DNA from: Amoebophrya sp. A120
Taxonomy: Eukaryota > Protista > Dinoflagellata
DNA length: 64,000 nucleotides
Assembly: GCA_905178155.1 (NCBI GenBank)
Contig: CAJINV010000036.1
Span: 1-64,000, forward strand
Reading direction: 5' to 3'
Shown here: piece by piece, positions 35,628 through 49,596 of the stretch
Numbering within the stretch: position 1 is the first letter of the stretch
Layout of the letters: each line of letters begins with the position of its first letter
The notes under the pieces: generated by a model
What the model was told of the DNA's origin: nothing
Database searches by the model: none
What the model saw: the letters and a program-made list of their open reading frames with translations, nothing else
Translations under genes and position numbers: made by a program

Positions 35628-37740
35628 CTTTACGAAAGATAAAATACATGACTTTTTGCCGAAAAACTGCGCTTTTTTGAAGTAGAGCATACCGTCGTGG
35701 GCCGCGGAAAGAAAATTGAAAAAATTGCAACAAAATGTGAAAAATTGCTTAGCTGAGAACTTTCCTCGATGGATTCTTAGCGCGACGGCATTATCGTTTT
35801 TGAAGTTTGGATTTGTACTCTGGGAAAGAAGAATGCGGCAACTTTTGCAACAAAAGTTGGATTTTTTCCAAGTACAGCATACCGTCGGGGGCCGCGGAAA
35901 GGAAATCTACAAAAAAGCAAGAAAATTTTGCAGATTTCCTAGCTGCGAATCCGCTGCGAAAAATTCTTAATACGACGGTGCTCTCTTTTTGAAAGTTTCT
36001 ATTTGAACTACACGAGAGACAAAATACATGAGTTTCTGCAGAAAAGCGGCGTTTTTTTGAAGAAGAGCATACCGTCGTGGGCCGCGGAAAGAAAATTGAC
36101 AAAATTGAAACAAAATGTGAAAAATTGCTTAGCTGAGAACTTGCCTCGATGGATTCTTAGCACGACGGCACTATCGTTTTTGAAGTTTAGATTTGTATTG
36201 TGCGAAAGAAGAATGCGGCAACTTTTGCAACCAAAATTGGCTTTTTTCCAAGTACAGCATACCGTCGGGGGCCGCGGAAAGGAAATCTCAAAAAAGCAAG
36301 AAAATTTTAAAGATTTCCTAGCTGCGAATCCGCTGCGAAAAAGTCTTAACACGACGGCGCTCTCTCTTTTGAAATTTCTATTTAAACTCTACGAGAGACA
36401 AAATACATGACTTTTTACAGAAAAGCGGCGTTTTTTTAAAGTAGAGCATACCGTCGTGGGCCGCGGAAAGAAAATCGACAAAATTGAAACAAAATGTGAA
36501 AAATTGCTTAGCTGAGAACTTGCCTCGATGGATTCTTAGCACGCCGGCACTATCGTTTTTGAAATTTAGATTTGTACTCTGGGAAAGAAGAATGCGGCAA
36601 CTTTTGCAACAAAAATTGGATTTTTTCCAAGTACAGCATACCGTCGGGGGCCGCGGAAAGGAAATCTACAAAAAAGCAAGAAAATTTTGAAGATTTCCTA
36701 GCTGCGAATCCGCTGCGAAAAATCCTTAACACGGCGGCGCTCTCTTTTTTGAAGTTTCTATTTGAACTCTACGAAAGATAAAACAAGACATGAATTTTTA
36801 CAGAAAAGCTGCGTTTTTTAAAGTAGAGCATACCGTCGTGGGCCGCGGAAAGAAAATCGACAAAATTGAAACAAAATGTTGTGAAAAATTGCTTAGCTGA
36901 GAGCTTGCCTCGATGGATTCTTAGCGCGGCGGCATTATCGTTTTTGAAGTTTAGGTTTGTACTCTGGGAAAGAAGAATGCGGCAACTTTTGCAACAAAAA
37001 TTTGATTCTTTCCAAGTACAGCATACCGTCGGGGGCCGCGGAAAGGAAATCTACAAAAAAGCAAGAAAATTTTGAAGATTTCCTAGCTGCGAATCCGCTG
37101 CGAAAAATTCTTAACACGACGGCGCTCTCTTTTTTGAAATTTCTATTTGAACTATACGAAAGATAAAATACGTGACTTTTTGCAGAAAAGCTGCGTTTTT
37201 TTAAAATAAAGCATACCGTCGTGGGCCGCGGAAAGAAAATTGACAAAATTGAAACAAAATGCAAAAAATTAATTGCTTAGCTGAGAACCCAGGCTCGATG
37301 GATTCTTAGCGCGACGGCATTATCGTTTTTGAAGTTTAGATTTGTACTCTGGGAAAAAAGAACGCGGCAACTTTTGCAACAAAAGTAGGCTTTTTTCTAG
37401 GTACAGCATACCGTCGGGGGCCGCGAAAAGGAAACCTACAAAAAAGCAAGAAAATTTGGAAGATTTCCTAGCTGCGAATCAGCTTCGAAAAATTATTCAC
37501 ACGACGGCGCTCTCTTTTTAAAAGTTTCTATTTGAACTAATATGCGAAAGATAAAATACATGAGTTTTTGCAGAAAAGCTGTATTTTTTTGAAGTCGAGC
37601 ATACCGTCGTGGGCCGCGGAAAGAAAATCGACAAAATTGAAACAAAATATGAAAAATTTCTTAGCTGAGAGCTCGCCTCGATGGATTCTTAGCGCGGCGG
37701 CATTCTCGTTTTTGAAATTTAGATTTGTATTGTGGGAAAG
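35628..37740. repeat. Tandem satellite: ~380-bp dimer of two related ~190-bp monomers, about 5.5 dimers
   Basis: AGCATACCGTCGTGGGCCGCGGAAAG near 35685, 36065, 36444, 36826, 37209 and 37597 alternates with AGCATACCGTCGGGGGCCGCGGAAAG about 190 bp downstream. Confidence 0.95.
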
Positions 37741-39229
37741 TCCTATAATGCCGCTCGGTGAGACTGGGAACGCCAGCATGCACCTTGTGGTGTAGTATTT
37801 TTCCTTGCAGAAGCATAATTTTGTTCTTTTCTTCAAATAAACAGAATATTTCAAACTCATATTTCATTCCAGTGCCGCGACCGCAGATACCTGCGTTTGG
37901 CTTTCCCGCAGTCACTTTGCAGTCCGAGAATTCAGAGGATCCCTACCCCGGGGGGCGTGGCAGTAGCATGGTGTCCTACCCGGATGACGGGGCACATCCA
38001 GAGGCGTACCGAAGCACTTTGTCCTACCCCGCAAGCCAGAACGAGCAGCCGGAGCCGGCCCCGGCTGTCGATGCTGCGAATATGGACAGAGCAGTCGAAC
38101 TTCCGCAACCAAGCTCTATCACCGGCCGTGTTACCGAGCCCGTACCACGGCTCGCGTCCGCAGCAGCGGCTGTGGTTGGGATCGCTCCGTACTACTAGCT
38201 TACTACAAACTTTTTTTTACTGATTTCATGACAAGAGAATATATCTCTACAACTACATGTCAGGGCGTTGTGATTGTGTACCTGCATCCTGCATGCTTGA
38301 TGTCATGATGAGGTGGTAATGTTCGATGGAGGATTGACATGATTTACGATTTCCGGATACAACAATCATCAAGGCAGCACGCAAAGTGCATGATCGATTG
38401 ACATCAGACCCTCGTCGATTGCACGGGACTCAACGAACACAATCGAGACATTTGGCAACACCATAACCCCTGGAGAGAAGTCCCTTGCAACAATTCCTGC
38501 GGAAGTAGAAGATGCAGGACGGAACAATAGCAGTGGAAGCAGTGCCAGTGCCGCAAAAAAAGCTACAAGTGCCTCTGGAAAGACGAAACAAAACCGGAAA
38601 TCCAGAACTTCCGTCACCGAGGCACGAGCGAAAGGAAAAAAGGAGGAGGACAAAGCTACGAAAGCTAATAGCGCAGTGCCCGCGACTATCAAAAGAAAAT
38701 AAAGGTGTTACACTTACAGCAAACACATTTCTTGGAGCAACTTCAGAAAAAGAACTAGAACAAACTTGCTGTGCATGGCAGAGAAAACTTGCAATTCAGA
38801 GATCATAAGGGAAAACACGAGGCAACCAGACCTGGTTGCCGGCAAGCACGCCTGCTTTCCGGCAACCTCTTTTTTGCGTGTTCTGCAACATAATGTCGTG
38901 TAGCAATTGTAACGCTTTTTCCTGTGCATAGCGCCGGCAGCGGGAACGAGCCCGAGTAAGCAGTCCGCATCCGCAGTTTCGGTTTCGACAACCGGAACAG
39001 GGGAACGAACTTCCTTTCAGAAGAGGCAGGCCCGCAGCTCCAATTTTCGGAGCATTAAGGAGATTGATTCACGGCAACTGGGCTTCAAACAGCACGGACA
39101 AAACCAGAAGCGCCTAGAGCTCGCGCTTCGAACATCAAACAACATCATGCAGCAGGTACTTAAGTACTTACATATGAAGAAAGTATTATCAATGTCTAGC
39201 GATTCGTAGCACTGGTCAGAAAACAAAAC

Positions 39230-42200
39230 TTGTCAAAATCGAAAAAACGAAGAGGAAACAGAAACAAACGGAAACAAATGAAGGTGGCTGCGAGCCGACA
39301 AAACCAAAACGGTGTCGGACAGCAAGGGTTCCTCTCCGAAGAGCAGAATAGCAGCCGGGCCTCTGCGCGTGAACTGGATGACTTGCCTTTCAACGACACC
39401 GACCTGGAGCAAACCCCGCCCGTGGAGCAGAACAAAGCCCGTAGGAAAACGCAAAGCCTCGCGGAGTCTAACGCTACATTGGAAATCGGTCCTGGTACTT
39501 CAGCATCTACCGGGGGGCAACCAGCATACGGGGATTCTGAAAGCGGTACGCCGGCGGAGCAGGCGATCGCAAATACTTCTAGCCCGACCACCGCTTTTCG
39601 TCTCCGCCTGGCGGGGAACCGCGACGGGTACCAGGCACTAGCCTTGGACGGCCAGAAGAAACGTGAGACGAAACCTTCCCTGTTGGTGCAGCAAATCGTC
39701 GCGCCATACAAAAAAAACTTCTCTTTCCCACCGGAGGCCGGCAGAAATTACTCCCAACCGACCGGCGCGAGGACCCCGTCTTCTACCAGCGGCGCAAGTC
39801 CCAGTCCGGCTGGCAAGGCCGCGTCGGGCGCCGCAGCCGCTGCGTCATACAGTACTACAAGCAGCGCCCGGCAGCGCGCGAAGGACTACCATAAAGAATT
39901 GAAGATGAAGCAGAGGAAAGAATCGCCCGCAAGAAGAATCCGACCATCTGGAGGGATTGGGACGGCCACGAGTCCAAATGTCAAACAAGCGTCGAACTCG
40001 AATCCCAGCAAGTTGAATGGCAGCAAAAGGTCATCTTCGGGTGCCGCAGCGTCATCTTCGAGCAGCTCCGCTAGCGCGCCGGCCGGCGCGGCTTCGAAAA
40101 CCGGCTTGACCTCGTCGTCGTCAGCCTCCTCCAGTAGCGGAGGCACACCGGGCGGGCTCCTGCTGACGGGGGGAAGGAGGAGCAGTGCCAGCGCTATGAA
40201 ACTGAAAGGCGATGAGTTCGAGAGCCTGCTTCGCGCCGGCTACGTGCGACGACGCAAGCAGGAGGCTGCGTTTCGGGATACGCGTGCTACGCCGAAGGAG
40301 CTGGTGGTGAAGGACGAGGTTTTGCAGCGCGTTCGTAGTCTCGACCTGGAAACGGTGCAAAAACTCAGTTTCAATCCACACATGCAGCGACAGTACCTTC
40401 AACACGTCCTCCTCAACTCGCCCGGAGTGGACAAGGATGGTCCTGGCACCCCCGCGGGTACTGCCGCGAGTCCGACTTCCCGATCGAAGCAACGGCTGGT
40501 GCCGCAACTTCCTGCGGAGTACCGCGTGCTGGATCAGCTCGAGGATGCGTTCAAGGACGGACAGTATTGGTGGTCGGTCAGCGAGCAGCATAGGAACCAA
40601 GCGTTGCAAGCAGCGAAAGTGGACGAGGTTTTGCGACTGCGCATCCGCCAAAACGAAATCTTCCACCAAAACTTGGCAGAAATCGCGCAGCTGCGGCGCG
40701 AAAAAGTAGGAGACCGCTCCTTGCTGTCTGATTCTGGAGTTGTTGGACGAACATCTGGAGGAGGTCCCGCTCGCGGAAAGGCAGAGAGACCGGCCTCTTC
40801 CTCGGAGATGAGAGCTCTGCGATCTAGTAGTACCTCAGCGAGGACAATTCTGCCGATGAAAAATTCTGGCGAGAACCCGGTCGAAGTAAACGAGGAACCG
40901 GACCGCAAGGTATTTTTATCCTCGGATCCTCTAACACGCCCTGTCACAACGCCCGCTCTTCCAGCCCCACTGCTGGACTACTTGCTTTCGAGGCGCATGC
41001 AGCTCCTTCGAAGTAACGCAAGGGGTAGTGCAGACCGCAATAAAGCGGCTTTGTGGAGAAGCAACTCGACTCCGCGGACTCAATCTCGCATGACCGTGAG
41101 CCTCGACGCTGCACTGGGCGCTGCTACTTTCCGTAATATGAACACCACGACCAGCAGCATCAAGCGCGTTGGTGGAGCCATGCTGGTAGATGAAGACGAG
41201 GAAGCCGAAGACGGCTTTGTGCGTTTGGACCTGACGGCACTCAGTCCGCCGACTACGGTCGCCGCTAGCCCGAGCAGCGCCCGCGCCGTGATGAACAAGC
41301 CAGCCGCGACTGCAGTGGTTTCTGTGAAGGAACACTTGCGTCAGCAACAAAGCCGGTCTGCTGTCCCCACTAGTACAACCGCTAGCACATCTTCTCGCGC
41401 AAAAGTTCTAGCCTCCTTAGTGAACAATCGCGATTTTGCGTCCCCCAGCCTCCTCGTCAGTGGATCCCTACCAGTCTCCAGCGATGCGCCCGGGACAAAA
41501 AATTCACAGACCTCGACTACCAGTCTGCTCGCGTCGAACAAAAGCAGGACAATTGCTGCGCAGGTGAACTCTTGGAGCCCACTACTGAGTCCAGTCCCTT
41601 CTTCCACCGTCAACACAGGTGCTGGCCCGAAGTTAATGCCACAGCCGAAACAGTTCGACTTTTCTCCCACCATTCGCCCCCGGTCATTACTTCCCGGAGA
41701 GCAAACCATGCAACTACAAGAGCCGTCAATGCCGGAGCAGACAAGGCAAATGATGAAAGGCCTAGCTTCTGCGTCATCCTCATCTTTAAAAGGCACGGCA
41801 TCTATTGGTCGTCCACTTGGCTCTGCCAGCTTTGAGACCACAGTTCTGCAGCAGCGCCTCGGTAAACCTTCGAAGTCGAGCGAGGACGCGGCGTCCAAAA
41901 ACCTGTTCTACGGCGAGAGAAGTAAGGACGCAACGAGAGTGGTCGTGGACCCGCAGCGCGACGCTGGAGATGATCCGATCCCGATTTCCCTGCTGCACAG
42001 TAAAAATACTGATGCGATAAGCCGGCGGCGCAGCTCCGCTACTACTGTCCTACAGGATTCCGCTACCGCAGTGCCGATGATTGTCGTTGCAACCGATCCT
42101 CGTCCGGACGAGGATCAAGTATCCGAAAACAAGTCGGAAACCACTTTTGACTACCTGCACACGCAAGCGCGGGCACAAGCAGCAGAAGAGCGCAAGACGA

Positions 42201-43175
42201 GACGGCGGAGCTCCACGGCTGTGTCCGTCGGGGTGAGTTCATCTTCCACTGCCCAACATGGATTTTCCTCGGCAGTCAATGTCATGCGTGCGGCAACCGC
42301 CTTGCGCAAGCAGTTGCAAATTAGCGATGCGGGTGGCCCGTCCGCCTCACCCGTCGATGCTGTGCGACAGAACGCACCTGTACCGATCTCTCCCGAAGAC
42401 AGGGAGGACAACATGGCGTATAATTTCTATTTCGTTATCCTTTGTTATTGTTGGTTTCTATCCGAAGATACTGAGTGAATAAATACAATTTTAATTGCTT
42501 TGTATCTATGTCTATGTGTGTTTTCATCTTCTATTCGCGCACGTTTCGGCGCCCTGGAGCTGCCACCATCTACCGCAAAAAACCAGGGCAAGATCTTCGT
42601 CTGCCATAATCGACTCCGGCAAGAGTAGCCAAGTGGCGGCGCTTCTAGAGTACGCCGCGGATGAACAAGTAGAGCGCGAGGAGGAACAACTTTTTGACAC
42701 TGCGCTCGCCACCGGCGCCGCTCGCGTAGAGGGCTTGCACGCGGCGGTCCTTGGTGCGGAAGAATCAGACCAACGTGCAGAGCGACAATCTGAATTGTAT
42801 CTCCCCCCAAGAACAAACTACCACGAGAATTCCATCGTGTCACGTCCCGCGCGGACCCGAACATCAAGTAGAGAATGGATGTCCAGTAGCGCCTTGTCAG
42901 TTTTCTCCTCGTCCTCTGTTCCGAATTCCGGAATCAGCAAGGTGACTGCAGCTCAGAGCAGGACCAGTAAGGATGAAGCGGATGCGGTCGTCGAGCAGTT
43001 TATGAGCTCCCTGTCGCTGGGAACCATGGCACGCGAGGGCGATGACGAACGGAATGCTGGTGCATCGGCCGCCGCATGGAACAAAAATCGCTCCCTGCTG
43101 TACCAACACGCCAGCAGTGTCGCTAGCAGAGCGAGCCTGCGAGCGTACGAACTGAACTTTGCTTCTAAACACTAA
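39230..43175 (+). CDS. Large Ser/Ala-rich hypothetical protein; upstream exons possible
   Basis: 1082-codon ORF that continues into ORF 42495-43175 across an intron starting at GT 42418. Confidence 0.65.
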
Positions 43176-44551
43176 GACTAACACCTGCTCTATGGGCTTT
43201 ACAATCAAGTGATAAAGTACGTCTTTCCGTAATTCATATAGAAAATAGAATAACCAAGCAAACAAACAATCACTGTCTTGGGCAAACGTGCACGTGCGTG
43301 TATTTCATACATCAGATTAGCACGCCTCCCCCTCTCGTGCCGAGTTTTTCTAGTTTAAGTTCGTCTTTCTTCGTACGGAAAATCAACAAAAGATGCAGAC
43401 TCGTCAAGCAAGTGCAGCCCAGCGTTAATCGACGGTGGAACCCTCTCCCGAGCAGCACCGAAAAAAATGTAAATCGCTCATCTAGTACTTCTTTTTCCGA
43501 GAAATTTTCACTTGGCCTTGTATTCTCCATCTTTCTGCTCTTCTCGCAGCATTGTCACGACTTGACTCTGCAGACGTTGAGAGGAAAACGCTGAACAGCT
43601 TGTAGTAATCAATCGGAAACTCCTTGTAAATCCCCGCCTAAAAATGCTCTCTGTATTAACACGGCTATGAATTGACTCGAAGTTTTCAAGTTTGTACATC
43701 GTGCGCAGACGGCAATTAATTTTAGTCAAACGAGTATTTGAAGCATAATGTCGACCTCTTCCCGCGAGGCCGCGCACACGAATCAGAACGAACTTCAACA
43801 CGCGCAGTTCAACAGGAACAGCGAATCTTCACTCAGGACGTTTCGAAATAAGTATGTTGTGACGACAAATCAGCCTATCGGTTTCGGTAGTAAATGAAGC
43901 GCCAAAATTCGACGTGTCGTTGATACTATCAACACAAAACGCTTTCTGCACCAAAGGCAACACGCGTCTACCCCGCATGACTGTCGTATACTATAGCACA
44001 AGAAGCAAAACGATCAAGATCAAGCTTTTAAGGACAAACGCATCTGTCATAATGGAACTTTTGAAGTCCAGTGTCGGTCATCACATGGAGATGCGCTACC
44101 GTAGCGATGGAGGCACTTGTACTAGTAGATCAACTTTTGCGATCACTATATACTTAGTCACAGTAGCAGAATTAGGGAAAATATGCTGCTCAAAGCGATT
44201 GCACTTGGTTGTGCAACTTCTAGCAACACAACGAAAACAGCACATCAACTCTCTGTCTCTACTCCTGGAGATGATAATCTCTGTTTTATTTCTACAGTTC
44301 CCAGTTTCGACGTTTCTTTACACCCAACATGATCATGAATGTACGTAGGTACATGAATAGTACATTGTAATATTTCGTCCGCGCGACACCGTGGAGCGAC
44401 CTTCCTAAGAATATAAATATGCATACGTTTGCTGACGTTGAAACCCCCAAGAACCTAAAGTACTATTAGTCACATACGCGAAGAAGTTTCTGATCGCCGA
44501 GCAGGAGGACATCAAGAGGTGATTTGTATCAAGTTCAAGTGAATCTGTTCA

Positions 44552-47264
44552 ATGAAAGAGCTGCAAATAATGTCGAAGCACGAGTCAAGCACGTTGACGC
44601 ACATGGCCAGCGCGGGCGGCCCCGCCAACTTGTCAGAGGGTTTGCACATTCCGCACCCCGCGACGCAGGTGTCGACCTCCGGTGCACGCGGGGTCGGGGG
44701 CGGAGGTGCCCCCGGTTCGCAACTTCCCAACGGCGCGCCACAAGTAGCCGACGTGCAGGTGACGGGGATGCGGCACGGCAACTTTTCCCGGCGCCGCCAG
44801 AACCACGCCATCTACGACCACAAAAAGGACAGCTTTATAGAATGGGTCCGCGGGATACTGCGCACCAGCTTCGACCTGGACACGATGGACACCAGCATCC
44901 CCATTCTGCTCCAACAGGTGGAGGAGCTGGTCCGGGAGCACATCGAGCGGCACGAGGACAGCCGGCTGGCGCGCATCGTGCCCGACGTGGCCACCTTCTT
45001 CACGCCCCTGAAGCTCCGAGACGCGTTCCTGATCTACAACAAGAAGTACCGGATCACGCGGCGACGGTTTGTGTACCCCACCTTCAACGAGATTCGCCAC
45101 GTGGTAAACCTGGCCCAGGTGCTCGGCCTACCCACGCTGAAGCTCATGACCTTCGACGGGGATCAGACCCTGTACCCGGACCAGAAAAACCTGGAAGATT
45201 TGTTCCTGGCACAGCAGCTTCTGCAGCTGCTGCAGGCAGGAGTGAAGATCGCGCTCGTGACCGCCGCTAACTACGGCCTGAACGGGGAAAAGTACGAGAC
45301 GCGACTGCGCGTGTTGCTCGAGTATTTCTCCGCGAAGAACCTGTCGCGGGAGTACGTGGAAAATTTCTACATTGTCGCTGGCGAGTCTATATGCAATGCA
45401 ACAGCATCGTACTCGTATAAGTGCATTACAAATTTCCTCAGGATGAGAAATAAAATTTGTAATGCTGATTTACCTTCAGGAAAAAATTTGTAATGCATGA
45501 TTGCAATTACTACGAGCGCGGCACCTTTGCACAGCATAGTCTAGCTACCTGCTGAAAATCGGGCCCGACTACCGCATCCACCCGGCGCAGGAGCAATGGC
45601 CGATAAAAAACGAGCGGAGCTCCTTGACCACCAGTAGCAGCAGCAGTGTGGCCGCGGCCCGTATGGTCCCGAGTAACATAACACAGAAAAAAGTGATACC
45701 GGAACAAGTAGGAGTGTTCCCGGTAGAAGAACAAAAATTGGTAGAAGACGGCGAGGACTCAGCAAATAACCGCGGGTCCACCAATAGCAACTCGTCCGCC
45801 GCACAGCTGGACAACATGCGGCACGTGCTGGACGCCTGCGAGGCCACGCTGCGGCAGGGTATCTACGATCTAAACATGAAGGCGCAGATTCTGCGGAAGG
45901 CCACCTCGGTCGGGTGCATCCAGGCGCACTTCAAGGAGCCCGGACGGGAAAACCACTACTTCAGGCGAGAGCAGCTGGACGAGCTGGTGTACCGCCTGCA
46001 GGAGACGCTGATCGAGAACCGGGAGCGGATCCACTTTCCCTACTGCGCCTTCAACGGGGGGAACGACGTCTGGTTCGACATTGGCAACAAGAAGGAGGGC
46101 ATTCAGGGCCTGCAGACGCTGCTGGGCGTGGAACCCTGCCAGTGCCTGCACGTGGGCGACCAGATGGCACGCACGGGGAACGACTTCATGGCCCGATTCA
46201 TTTCCCCGGTTTGCTGGATCGTGGACCCTTCGGAAACGAAAAAGATCCTCAAGCACGTGCTCCGCAAGCTCGGCATAACGTCGCACCACCGCTCGACGTC
46301 GGCAGACAACATAGCGCCGGTCGGCAGTCAGCAGCATCTCCTGCTTTCCCGTGATGTCAGCAACGCGTCGCAGTCGGCGATGCTGGGGACGACGGCCGCG
46401 GGTAGTGCAACTCCTGGGATGAACAATCTTGTCGCCGCCGGGGGGACGAGCGGCAACAACTTCTATGCGCAGCAGGCGAACGGACCGCCGTCCTCTGCGG
46501 GTTCCTCCAAGAACAATCTCGCCGCAACATCGTATAGTACTCAACAAAATTATGGCCCAGCAGGTGGCGCGACGTGGTCGACGTCCAAGAGATCTTCCAA
46601 AGGCTCCAACTCGCCTCAGACCGCCTGGGGTCCGTCTCCAATCTCGATAGTGCAAGGACAACAGCACGGTGGAGGTGGTAACCTCGATCGCGATCGGAGT
46701 CGCAGTTCCTCGCCCAAGTTCCAGGCCGGCGCGCCACCTCCACGACTGTCAAAACTAAGCTCCGTGGGCTCGAAGGATGGCCCCCTTTCCACCACGAGCA
46801 TGGCCGGACGAACGATCGAGACGCAATTCGAGCTCCCCTCCCACGTGACCGGCATTCCCACCTCCCCAGAACACCCCAGCCGCCAAAGTCAGGAAATACG
46901 CTCTTCCGTCTCCCGTCTGCTGGACGCTACGGCGACGGAGGCCGAGATCGCTAAAGCAAAAGAAACCATGATTCGATGGTCCCCCTCCCAGGATAGCAGC
47001 GAAGGCAGCAGCACTCCCGAGTGCACCCCGAGGAATGACGAGGAGGACACCGCTTTTTTCGAGCATAACGAGCAAGGCACAGCTTTTTACACAAGGTCGG
47101 GAACTGGCACTACTGGCGCACAGCAGACGGGCGAAAGAAATTTCTATGCAGGAGCCGATGGAGTATTTTTTATCTACTTCGTTCTGCGGTGCATAGTAGT
47201 TCTTGTCGGAATGTTTATGTTTTCCAATGGACCTCGACGAGAGGAGAAGATAAGGCAAGAATGA
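44552..47264 (+). CDS. ISN1: IMP-specific 5'-nucleotidase (HAD family); 3' end uncertain
   Basis: PTFNEIRH, TFDGDQTLYPD, IALVTAA, AGESSYL (restored across the introner), CAFNGGNDVWFDIGNK, LHVGDQ...GNDF.AR. Confidence 0.92.
45390..45538. mobile_element. Introner, family B, TSD GTCTA
   Basis: TATGCAATGCAACAG...TTTGCACAGCATA. Removing 154 nt links ORFs 44552 and 45624. Confidence 0.93.
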
Positions 47265-48513
47265 ATACGAACTCATTTCATTTTTACTGTAATTCGCGTG
47301 CAAAAATTTTTACACCAGGACCCCGCGAAGCTTTCACTCGTCGTGCAAGACGCCGCACAGGACCCGCTTGACGAGGGTATCAACGAAATGACAACGCAGT
47401 GGCAGCGACGCGAGCGCGCAATGCGTGAGAAATCTGGAAACACATAGCAGGCCGGCTACCATGTTTGATCAAGATACGATTGGCCCGGGCACCCTTGTTG
47501 TGCTCAGCAATTTTTGTTGGTGCGCCCGCAAGTACTAGTCCTGATTGCGAAGTAGCCTCCGTGATGACGATTTGATTTTTCGCTAAAGTGTTTCGGTAAT
47601 ATCCTAACTTTCACTTGTGCTCGCAGGCAACCCGCATGGTGGCGATGAACTATGTTTTTTCATTTTCCCCCCGTCTATTTGGGGCGAAAATTGTAATACT
47701 TGGTTTCGTGCTGTATTGCAGTACTTCTGCTTGCACTCTAAGTTCTTAAAGACCACTTGACATCCAGATCCACTAAAAACCATGACTCAGTTTTAGTGGC
47801 ATGAAAATGCCAGTAGGCTTTCTTTCAGCATCTTTTCATTTTGTCTGAATTTGGTTTTGTATTTGTTCGCAATCGATATCAATCACATCACATAAAAAAA
47901 AGACCGGATCCACGCGAATTGTACTCGTCACACGCCAGATCACGATCGGCCTCGCAGAAGATTCGCAATCTCGATGACCAGTGTTCTGTTTCATTAAGGA
48001 GCAATACTTATTTTGCGGAGATGTTGTGTATTTTGTTTTTGAAAAGATAACACGAGGGTTTCGATCTCGCAATTTTCTACTAGAAATGGATCGCTGTTGT
48101 CTTCGAATATACGAAATAAAGCCTGTTGGAGTCGTGGCATTTACCAGCAACGGAGTAAGGTATACTATCGTGATCGCACAAAATAAATCGTTATCGACGT
48201 CATTTCTCTGTGGATCATGAATACAGGTCCGCCCCCGCGATGTTTACTCCAATAAAAATCATTTAAGACTCATTGCGCCCTCGTTCAAACATTCTTAGTG
48301 CCCCAAGGACTAGTTGTAGTCTCATGACGGAATCCGAATCATGGGGCTGGTGGAGCCAACAATTTGTTTTTGTTATCCATTGGACGCAAGAATCTTCGTC
48401 GTCATTCCTCCGGCACTAATAAAGTAACAACAAGGAAAGGACTATCTAACTTAAACTTTATCTTTAGGACATACTCTTGAAGAGTTCTTGCACGACCTGC
48501 ATCAAAAATTACC

Positions 48514-49596
48514 ATGGGCGGGCGTGGGGGAATCAATATCTTGGGCCAGAAAAAATGGCACGTGTGGAACATGGACAACCGCCTGCGGGTGGAACGCGAC
48601 GAACGACGGCACCGCGAGCAGCAGGAGGCCGCGCAGCGAGAGGAACAGCAAGGCCGGTTTCAGGACAAGGTCGCGACTCTCAAGCGTAAGAACCGGGGGG
48701 CAAAGAATGCTGCACTGGAAGACGATGCTATCACCAAACATCTGGAAGACCAGGCCGCAAGCAGACGAGCGACCAAGAACATGCTGACAAACGGCTCCTC
48801 GTCCTCGTCTTCGTCCTCGACAACCGCAGCTTTATTTGCAGCGGCATCCGCAACGCTCGGAGAGGTCGTGGGTGAGGACGACAGTGACCTCAAGAAAGCT
48901 CCGGAAGTGCGGCACGTGAATTTTTTCCAGGAGGAGGAGAAAGCCTGGAAAGACGCGGAACTGGCACGGGCGAAGAAGGTCGAGCTGCAGGCCAAGGGTA
49001 GAATCCTTGGAAAGAAGGGCACCTTGGACGGCATGAGCGTGCAGCGTGAGATGTCTAGTGACATCGCGGATATCAAGAAGCAGCCGGTCCCCTGGTACAT
49101 GAAGACAGGGCAGCAAGCCGCAGGAGCAGCACCTGGTGGTGGTCGTGCTGCCAGCTCGTCGTCTTCAAATAAACTACTCCAGGACCACGACGAGAGGAAC
49201 AGCGTCGACAAAAATAAACCCAGCAACGATAATATTCGTCAACTTGTTCAACAGACGAACCAGCTACAGTTTCTCGCACCACAATCGTCTTCAGGTAAAG
49301 ATGATGCGAAGAACGGAGCAGACACGACCCACACATCGGCAGAGAAACAGGAAGTGATGATAAAGAAAGGCAAGCACAACAAGAAGTCGAAGAAGACAAA
49401 AAAGCGAAAACGCAGCTCGTCGTCGTCCTCAGCGTCGTCGTGGTCCGAAGAGGAGGGGGCGAAAAAAGCTTCGAAGAAGAAGAAGAAACGGAAAAACGAC
49501 GATCTTCTTGCTTCGTTTGATACTTCAAAACTATTGTCCCACTCGCAGCTCAGAGAAAAAGACGAATTGAAGCAGCAAGTAAATGGTTGTAGATAA
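48514..49596 (+). CDS. CIR_N-domain (LENG1/Cwc25-like) putative splicing-associated protein
   Basis: INILGQKKWHVWNMDNRLRVERDE, HVNFF, PWY and a Lys/Ser-rich tail. Confidence 0.8.
   Translation: MGGRGGINILGQKKWHVWNMDNRLRVERDERRHREQQEAAQREEQQGRFQDKVATLKRKNRGAKNAALEDDAITKHLEDQAASRRATKNMLTNGSSSSSSSSTTAALFAAASATLGEVVGEDDSDLKKAPEVRHVNFFQEEEKAWKDAELARAKKVELQAKGRILGKKGTLDGMSVQREMSSDIADIKKQPVPWYMKTGQQAAGAAPGGGRAASSSSSNKLLQDHDERNSVDKNKPSNDNIRQLVQQTNQLQFLAPQSSSGKDDAKNGADTTHTSAEKQEVMIKKGKHNKKSKKTKKRKRSSSSSSASSWSEEEGAKKASKKKKKRKNDDLLASFDTSKLLSHSQLREKDELKQQVNGCR

Noticed and set aside
35716-37860. Repeated ORFs (KQNVKNCLAEN...) in the satellite
   Set aside because: Frames break differently in each unit, so they are by-products of the tandem repeat.
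42414-42559. Possible relic introner (TGGCG|TAT...CGGCG)
   Set aside because: No TIR, and an in-frame AG at 42558-42559 allows a canonical intron. It cannot be decided from sequence alone.
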